Source of the DNA: Nemertoderma westbladi
Taxonomy: Eukaryota; Animalia; Xenacoelomorpha
Length of the DNA: 44,840 nucleotides
NCBI GenBank assembly: GCA_032718475.1
Contig: JAUCBJ010008097.1
Coordinates: 1-44,840 of the forward strand
Direction of reading: 5' to 3'
Positions within the stretch are counted from its first letter, which is position 1. Every line of letters begins with the position of its first letter. The notes under the pieces are model-generated. The model was not told where the DNA came from and did no database searches. It saw only the letters and a list, made by a program, of their open reading frames with translations. Made by a program: the position numbers and the translations under genes. Shown piece after piece: positions 37,226 through 44,840 of the stretch.

Positions 37226-38300
37226 TGTAGTTATTTGATTGTAACCAATGTCGTGCAAGTTATATATTAGCTGGACCAATAGCTATCTTTAAAACCTTGT
37301 TAGAACCTATAGAACAATCGAGAATTTTCTCGATTGATTGCAGCACAAATTTGGTATATAAAGGTGCGATTTGTTCATTAGTTATCTCTCTCATTACACA
37401 TCTATACTTCTCAGATTATCTTATCTTATCAATATTCTGTCGTGCTTAGTTTATTTCAGATTACATTGTATTATAATTATATCTTCTGTAATAAAGTCAG
37501 AATTATCGCTAATCTGCTTTTTCTATCTGTTTTACCATGATTCACTACGGTGAACCCAGCTAAGGGACAGGATGGCCGGCTAGAGATCGGGCCGCAGCAA
37601 TGAACGGGAACATCACGGGAATGTAGACAAGAGACAACCCGCAATACCATCTTGAGTTATTCGCCCATCGCCTGAAAGGTTAGACAGCGTTCGACGCCTC
37701 GCTACCTAAGTATAAGACCAAAAGATCAAAAGGTAGAAGTAGTGACACGCTGTGAGCCTAAAATTACATCTTAGGGACTGTACTGTCTTGATTCAGGAAA
37801 ACCACAGTAGACCTTCATATTCCTACGGGAGGGGAGAGAGAGCAGGCAGATACTAGTACGCAGATAGGACGTAGGCACACCGGTACGAAGCATACAAATT
37901 GGTAGGGTGCAGCAAAACTGTACGCCTAACTCTTGCTAAGTACGGGTGCGTCTGTGACTATTTGTAGTACGACGGTGTCCATTGCATTAGAACTTGTAGG
38001 CTAGGAGGGTTGCTGTGTTTTCACCTGAATTGGGATTGTACCGTTCAGGCGGTAGGGCAGTTTACAACTAGGCGCAAATAAATTGAGGCTATTAGGGATA
38101 TACTAACATCTACCGTGTCCCCGCCAACGCCCTGATAGGAAGTTACCCGGACTACCTGGGTGACTAAAATTCTAGATAGGACGCCAGGATAGCTATTAGT
38201 AACTGTACGCCTACTGTAGTAAACTAACACATCTCTTCTTAGTATTAGGGACCTGGTACCTAAAATTGCCGAATTCTGGGCGTAGCATTAACCCTATGCC
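37226..38300 (+). mobile_element. Possible LTR (~37226-37549) with decayed internal sequence
   Basis: TGTAGT...ACTAC ends, TATATAAA at ~37355, AATAAA at ~37490, a PBS-like (T)GGTGAACCC, then more GC-rich DNA with an isolated LDSG (~37787). No second LTR and no ORF. Confidence 0.3.
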
Positions 38301-40245
38301 TGAATTTGAGTCCTGGAAATACGCAAGAGGGGAAGGAACCTTATCATTCGTGAGTATTGGACCTACAAGTTATAAAATTAGAATATTCGTAAAATGCACA
38401 CCGTACCCAGTAATTATATATGTGAAGGAGCAAAACTGTTTTTGACCGTTCAGAATTAACACACGCGCGTTAGAAATTATTTACACCTCAAAATATATAA
38501 AATTAACTTTCGTCCTTACTGTGTTTTGCCCGCTAGTTAGACATCTCCAAATCTCTGCCTCTGTACCTAGCTAGCGTCCCTTCGCCCAACCATATAAATC
38601 ACACCGCGGCAAAGTATACGAGCCCCTTAGTCCGTCAGTGAGTCAGCCTGATTTTAGGATTCGCTGCGCGGGATTTTGTTTTATCGAAGTTTTGTCTGCT
38701 CGTAGACTGTTTTCTGCCTCACCGGTTATAAGAGATCGATACTGCAATATATTCGCTTACTTAGAGTTTACTGTTTTGGTGAGAAGGTCGGATTTATGAT
38801 TTGATTCACAAACTTTACAGTAGGATATTGCAGGTATTGTTACCGTCTCTTCCATTTATTAGTGTATCAAGAAGATTGGGGTTTCTGATCGTTTATCAAT
38901 ATTCTCCAAATAACAATATGCAAACGAATGATACATTTAATAACAAACCGTAAATAGCAGTAAATAATGCGGTGAAAAGCAGTTTGAGTTTACAGCACGT
39001 AGCATGCAGTACCGTGCCAGACCAGGTAGGTAGTGTGCCAAGTTAACCAAGATAACAGTTTTGTGATCTTATAATTAAAGACGTTCTAATGTTGGAAAAT
39101 TCAGAAACATTCCACAGCCGATGATGTTCTAAGCTGGGAAAAACGTCATTACTGAATCATGTTATTCGTGGTATACATTTTACACACAAAGAGGTAATCT
39201 ATCACTGTGATTGGTCAACTGTTGTTCTGATTGGTTGATCGAACGGAACAAAGAGGCCACTAGAAGCAACAGTTTAGAGGATTTGAGCGAATGGGGGAAA
39301 ACTGGATTACGAATGGAAAAGGCCAGTTATATCCCCCAAAAGCTTTTACAAAAACCAAGACAATAGATTAGCCGTAACGCGACCATTAGCCGTAACGCGA
39401 CTTTTAGACTAGCCATACCGCGACTTTCAAAGTTGCGTTACGGCTAATCTCTCAAAAAATTAGCCGTAACGCGACATTAGCCGTAACGCGACGACACCGT
39501 TGTACAGTATATACGTAGAAGTTCATCAAGTAGCAATCGCAAAAAATCTTCACAAATCAACCCATCCAAGTATTTAAGTATCCATTAAATTAACCCATTA
39601 AATATTAATTAAAACATTTACAAACCACGGTTCACAAAGTAGCGCTCTAATCCCATGGGAGTAAAATTATGCAAAAATATTAACAATATATAGCTTTAAA
39701 ACGATGAGGATAACGAGGCAGGCAACGGTGGACCAGCATAGCAGGATAATCATGAAATTTTAATAAAGGTTCTGTTTAGTGTACGGGATGGACATTGAAC
39801 ACTCCTGGTTAAGTATCTCAATTATATAATTCCAAAGTAGTCAAGGATGTACCTATGTCTTGTCTATTTGTATATGTGGAGGTCATGAGTGAACGAAGGG
39901 CAGGTAGTGGGTTCGCCATTGTTGCATTGCGGAATACCAATGTGAGCCTTACCCTGGTTGTGGGGCGAGCGACGAAAGCAAGCGAGCTTAGCATACAGGT
40001 ACCACTAACTCAATCGGTGTGTCGGTTGTTATGTCGTTCTGTTGTTTTGTTGTGTTCAATTTAAACAATTTCAGCCAAATCTCGATTAAATCTAACCAAA
40101 CTTGGTACACATGTAGTCTGACAAAAGTTTAGAAGTTTTCCAAGTTGAATAATTAGCCTTTTTGTGAAATTGGTCTTCAGCACCTGTGTAACTGTCTTGC
40201 AGTTATAATAAATTAATCTATCAAAAATTATTAGGAGTAGTAGGG

Positions 40246-40553
40246 TCTTGGCCGGCTCTGCGACAGTTGGACCCCACTGACACCCATTGGGTGTCATATG
40301 ACACCCAATTATCACCCTATGGGTGTCATTGGGTGTCATTGGCGCCAGACTGTCTGGGTGACACCTCCCAATTAGGCTAATTAGACCCTAATTGACAGGT
40401 GTCATCAATTAATTAGTACAATTAAACCCTAACAGGTGTCATATGACTCCTAATTAGGGTTTAATTGATTATCCTAATTAATCAGACTGATTAGCGCCCT
40501 GACACACAATGGGTCAATCAGTGTTGTCCAACTGTCGCAGAGCCGGCTCAAGA
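40246..40553. mobile_element. MITE-like element with a 22-bp perfect inverted repeat and internal GACACC/GGTGTC and TAATT repeats
   Basis: gccggctctgcgacagttggac (40251-40272) and gtccaactgtcgcagagccggc (40526-40547). Confidence 0.7.
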
Positions 40554-40880
40554 GGGTGTCATAAGTGACACCGCAGCTCTTTTATTCATTAATACTCTAT
40601 TTATTTATATTTAATTTTAATTAATTACTTTGCATTTTATTTTATTCGTATTTAATTCTAAATTAATTATTCATTTGTACTTTATGGGTATACAGCTCCC
40701 TTACTGGTAACTAATTACTCTTATCTATATCCAGACAGCTTTATCGTTGACCTTTGACCTTTGACCCCCCAATTAGCTTTAACCAAGCAACAGCATATTA
40801 ATGATAGTTGTATCCAAGCGCCCCTGCCCCCCACCCCGTGACAGCTCTGATTACTAATTACTCTTACATATATCCAACCG

Positions 40881-40957
40881 CCTGCAGTTCCATAGTCTGC
40901 CGCTAGAGGGCGTATTATCTGAAAATTAACATCTTCTCTAACTTTGTTATTTTCAAT
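40881..40957 (+). repeat. Solitary half-monomer of the Helitron 146-bp repeat with a bipartite CTCF-like site
   Basis: ctgcagttccatagtctgccgctagagggcg..tctgaaaattaacatcttctctaactttgttattt aligns to the array units, e.g. 22006-22080. Confidence 0.8.
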
Positions 40958-41274
40958 TTAACTATTTATTTGTACCTAATTTTAATTAATTATTTGTATT
41001 CTATTTGACTTTATTTATTCATTTGTACTTTATTTTAAATTAATTAATTGTATTACTTTTATTTTATATATTGATTTCTATTTTTAGATTAATTTGGTTT
41101 TATATTACCAATGAGATCACTATGACATAATGTCTATTTTTAGCTCTATGGTTTATAGATCCCTTATCGTTAACTTTATAATCTTTCCTCTCGCGGCCCC
41201 TTTGTCTTCGTTATTCAATGGCGCCATTCTGTCTACCATTGAATAACATTGGGCAATCATTATCTCGCCTGATG

Positions 41275-41400
41275 TGACGTCATCAAAGCTGCTCTCTGAT
41301 TGGTTTAATTATACAGTCTTTTCTCCCTCCTGTTCCCTGATTGGCTAACCCATTCTAGCCCCCTCTATAATAGCCCCCGTTCACCACATTCCCAATCATT
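41275..41400 (+). promoter_or_regulatory. Predicted Pol II promoter: CRE, two reverse CCAAT boxes, TATA-like box and Inr
   Basis: TGACGTCA 41275-41282; ATTGG at 41299 and 41340; TATAATA at 41366; TCATT at 41396, 30 bp after the TATA. Confidence 0.65.
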
Positions 41401-41491
41401 GTCTCTTTGTTTTCCTGAAAAGTTTTAATTATTTTCGTAAAAGTATTTATTTATTTTTATTTCCTAAACGAGTTACCGGTACACAATCACG

Positions 41492-43183
41492 ATGGCACAT
41501 TCAGAAATCAGCTATTCAAGCAACGATCTGGTTTGCAACGAAAATCAGTTTATGCTACAAGACAACTCGTTTGGTCTATATTTCGATTCGGCGAACAAAC
41601 TCTTCCCGTTAACGATAAATACAACCTTAAACCAACCCATCCCGATTCCGGCAAACTACGCGCACTTTATTTTCCGCGCCTGCTACGAACTTCACGATGG
41701 ACAATATCAAACCCTCGACGATAATAAACTTCATTCCTCCAACCACGGTTTCAAACTTTTAAAAAGGGACAACAAAATCACGTTCAATCTAACTACTTCG
41801 CCCGAGACGTTTACGATTCCAACTAGTATAGTCGATTTTATTCGAGAAAACATCAACCAAGATGTGGCAAATCGTCTACTGGGTTTAACCACTCTCGTAA
41901 CCTCCTTCTTCTCCGATGATCGCTTATTTGATTTTCATAGTATCGCAAACTCGATTCTTCTTCTCATCTGGAACTCGTCGACTCCGACCGAGGAAGAGGA
42001 GACTCGTTTCTTTAAACTTTTCGACAAGGATGTTCTCACTTTCGGCGAGAAATTGAATGAGCTCACATGCTTTTTCGCCAATAAAGTCTCCTATTACTTT
42101 GGATTCAATTATAGAGTTGGCACCTATGGAAGTATTAACCCAGTGAATCCACTCGAGTTAATAAAGCTGGAAGACACTGTAAACAGTTCATGGATCACAT
42201 TTTCCGTCACCTGCGCCAATTTATTTCAACAATATGTAAACATCTGTCGCCCTTTTATTAATCCTACTACTCACCTTGTCCTAAAACCGGGAAATTGGGT
42301 TGCTTTTGACTATTGCACTTTTGGGTTTGTTACAAATATTCGGAACGAGCGCAATTTAGCGATCACCAATGGCTACGAGGTTGACGATGGAAAGGCTATT
42401 GTTTCTTCTAGGGGCATGATTCTTCTTACACCAACCGAGGTCGGCGAATTGAAATGGTTCGATTCAACCGTCGAGGATAGTGAATGTGTCTGCTACGATG
42501 AACTTAACGTATACAAAGACAACATTTCCGAGCGAATATCGATACAAAGTTGTATCAGCGATTCAGAAATTGATTTACAGATAACCGAGAGAAAATTTAA
42601 CGAATCCTTTACTATAGCTAACACAATTCAAGCGCGCGAGGCTCTAATCAGATTCAAGGCTATGGCTATACAATTTGCTTTCAAACCGAAGCAGATTACA
42701 ATCCCCAATCACCAGCGCTATCTCATAAATAGCAGTATCGCAGCCTTTATCTATAAGTTCAAATCCGAAAAATATGTTGGTATCTGGCCCATTTTAATGA
42801 AAGACGAAGAGAATACCACTTTTCAGTTCACCAACGGTCTCAATATTAGGGGCAGCGATTTTCTCGCGATAAATATAACCAACCCACCCAACTCTCACTA
42901 CTATCTCAGTCCTTACATTCATATCGAGAACAAACCAGCAGAAATTATATTCACCAATACGAAAAATACCAACACTATCACCCTATCCAACGACTTTACC
43001 ATCGCGCGCCTTTTCGAATTACTAAAACGTTCTCTCAGAGAAGGCATATTTCTCCCGCAGCAAACACACCTTAATCTATCTCACCCCCCAAGAAAAGGTT
43101 ATCTCAACAAACTATTAAAGAGAAAATTATCGCAACCATTAATAGTATCGGACCCTAAAAGGGTTAAACCAGTTATTCTCTGA
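41492..43183 (+). CDS. Uncharacterised intronless 563-aa protein with a basic C-terminal NLS-like tail
   Basis: 1692-bp ORF in AT-rich DNA; ATG in ACGATGG context; promoter motifs upstream and AATAAA 37 bp downstream; C-terminus PRKGYLNKLLKRK...PKRVK. No domain recognised. Confidence 0.8.
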   Translation: MAHSEISYSSNDLVCNENQFMLQDNSFGLYFDSANKLFPLTINTTLNQPIPIPANYAHFIFRACYELHDGQYQTLDDNKLHSSNHGFKLLKRDNKITFNLTTSPETFTIPTSIVDFIRENINQDVANRLLGLTTLVTSFFSDDRLFDFHSIANSILLLIWNSSTPTEEEETRFFKLFDKDVLTFGEKLNELTCFFANKVSYYFGFNYRVGTYGSINPVNPLELIKLEDTVNSSWITFSVTCANLFQQYVNICRPFINPTTHLVLKPGNWVAFDYCTFGFVTNIRNERNLAITNGYEVDDGKAIVSSRGMILLTPTEVGELKWFDSTVEDSECVCYDELNVYKDNISERISIQSCISDSEIDLQITERKFNESFTIANTIQAREALIRFKAMAIQFAFKPKQITIPNHQRYLINSSIAAFIYKFKSEKYVGIWPILMKDEENTTFQFTNGLNIRGSDFLAINITNPPNSHYYLSPYIHIENKPAEIIFTNTKNTNTITLSNDFTIARLFELLKRSLREGIFLPQQTHLNLSHPPRKGYLNKLLKRKLSQPLIVSDPKRVKPVIL

Positions 43184-43219
43184 GACCAGCAACCCTATTA
43201 ATATAAACAGTCTCTATTT

Positions 43220-43265
43220 AATAAAAACTGTTCTCACTATATCTTTTGTTATTGTCGATGTTCTT
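43220..43265 (+). terminator. Polyadenylation signal AATAAA plus GT/T-rich downstream element
   Basis: AATAAA at 43220-43225 followed by tcttttgttattgtcgatgtt. Confidence 0.6.
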
Positions 43266-43453
43266 ATATTATTTATTTTCAATGTTGTTGGTAAATTATT
43301 TATCTGTTGTTATATTATTTAATATTGATGTTGTCGGTAAATTATTTATTCTTGTTTCCCCATATTGTTTAAAAAATATAAGATGTTTAACCGGCTATTT
43401 TTCATTTTTCTCTACTAGTTAATCTATTCTATGAGAGCGAGCCATGAAGTAAG

Positions 43454-44580
43454 TGAGTCTCAGCATACCATTAATGACCCCTACTGCTTCTTCGTAATCA
43501 ATTTGAATGTTAACCCCTAAATAAACAGCCAATCCCTATGAATTCTTTACAAACTCGATATGCAAGTTGTTTATCAGAGCTGATTTTAATTAAAATATAT
43601 TATTTAGCGATTTTCGTGATTAATGCTATAAATTATATTCACCAAAATGAAAATATCCACCCTATTACTCTATCCATCAAGCGATGCTTTGTATGTATTG
43701 ATGGCGAGCAAAGTTTTCAGGGCGACCACCTCTAGGCTGTAAGTACGCTGTTCTGTCCTATCATAGACACTCTGTCTTTTAGATGCTTCACTGTTAATAT
43801 TAAGCCGTTAGCCATGGCGCCGCTGATAAGCCGCGAGGATATTCAAAGGCTTTGGTTTGATTGTTCGTACTATGGATAGTTCAATGAAATCATGAAAGGG
43901 AGGGCCGCATGGGGTTGAAAGTGATAGCCCCTCATCCTTATTTTCCCGAGAAATTCTTAAAGGCGACTATGAATAGAACAATGAAACATTAAAGGGAGGA
44001 CCGCATATGATGGGAAATGATAGCCTTTCAACTGCCTTTGCCCAGATTTGTGTAAGTTCGAGGGAGGATGTAGAGGAAAATATACTCGTAGCTTTAATGC
44101 CCCATTTGATTAAAGTAGAGCAAATTTAGCTTTCACCTAAGGGTTATCACTCCTTGCAACTGCAAAATTTAAAATTCTATCTATGATGTATTCACTATAT
44201 CTCGTTTGCTGATATTATTTCATCGCGAAATTAAAAGCATCTGCTATCACTATTATTATAGTATATTATCTAAACTAGTGACACCGAGTTGGAACAGATA
44301 GGATAATTGCACTTTGTTATGTTTTAGTTTAGTAGCTTTAATCATAATACTACCGGGCTATAAAATGTTGTATAAATATCGGGGGGAGGGTCATAATGAC
44401 CCCGATCGAGGTGGGGAATCGAATCTATGACAATCTGTATATCCTATTTTGTGTTTACTTTTTATATTTTCCACGAAGCGAGGGCAAAAATTTAAATTTC
44501 CTGAAAATTTCTGAGTCTCAGCACACCATTAATGATCCCTATGCCTTCTTCGTAGTCAATTTGAATGATAATCCCTAAAT
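43454..44580 (+). repeat. Dispersed ~68-bp direct repeat (43454-43521 and 44512-44580)
   Basis: tgagtctcagca.accattaatga.ccta...ttcttcgta.tcaatttgaatg.taa.ccctaaat occurs twice. Confidence 0.75.
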
Positions 44581-44840
44581 CCCTATATTTTTCATAAAAA
44601 CCCTCAAAACTTTACAAATTTTGAAAAATCGGCTAATATAAAATGCCCCATAGTTTCAATAAAAATGGTACTCGAAATGTGAATACAATGCTTCCACTTC
44701 ATCAAGGTGAAACCTTAACGAAAACTATCCTGATCCACACTCGATTTGTAAATACATTGCATCCACTTTTACCCAGATGGAGCATTTGTATTGTATTTAA
44801 GATTTATTTTCATGAGTCACATAATAACCCCAATACTACC

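Larger units (their letters stand above)
35387..39498. mobile_element. 4.1-kb non-autonomous DNA transposon with modular TIRs (MULE/foldback-like) and 8-9-bp TSD
   Basis: TIRs at 35387-35520 and 39358-39498 are built from GTCGCGTTACGGCTA subrepeats; GG...CC ends; GTTGTACA(G) at 35379 and 39499; no transposase ORF. Confidence 0.82.

Noticed and set aside
41492-43183. Calling the 563-aa ORF a transposase, RepHel or viral capsid
   Set aside because: No recognisable DDE, HUH, Walker A, zinc-finger or capsid motifs by eye.

Overview
AT-rich, repeat-dense eukaryotic DNA, most likely an invertebrate animal; no prokaryotic operon, rRNA or CRISPR signal. Two intact single-ORF genes are present. (1) 2952-4499 encodes two tandem PRDM7/9-like PR/SET domains behind an N-terminal signal-anchor-like segment, with many N-glycosylation sequons and no zinc fingers, so it looks like a secretory-pathway PR/SET protein. 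(2) 41492-43183 is a 563-aa orphan with a compact Pol II promoter and a polyA signal. The centre (11517-29015) is a 17.5-kb Helitron composite (A1-B1-B2-A2-C1-C2) inserted between A and T without a TSD; the empty site survives in an adjacent 1509-bp tandem duplicate. Its internal 146-bp repeats carry about 55 co-oriented CTCF-like motifs. The rest is nested LINE, RTE and SINE relics, MITE and foldback-type elements, a long inverted repeat and microsatellites. All family and domain calls come from motif recognition by eye; no searches were run.
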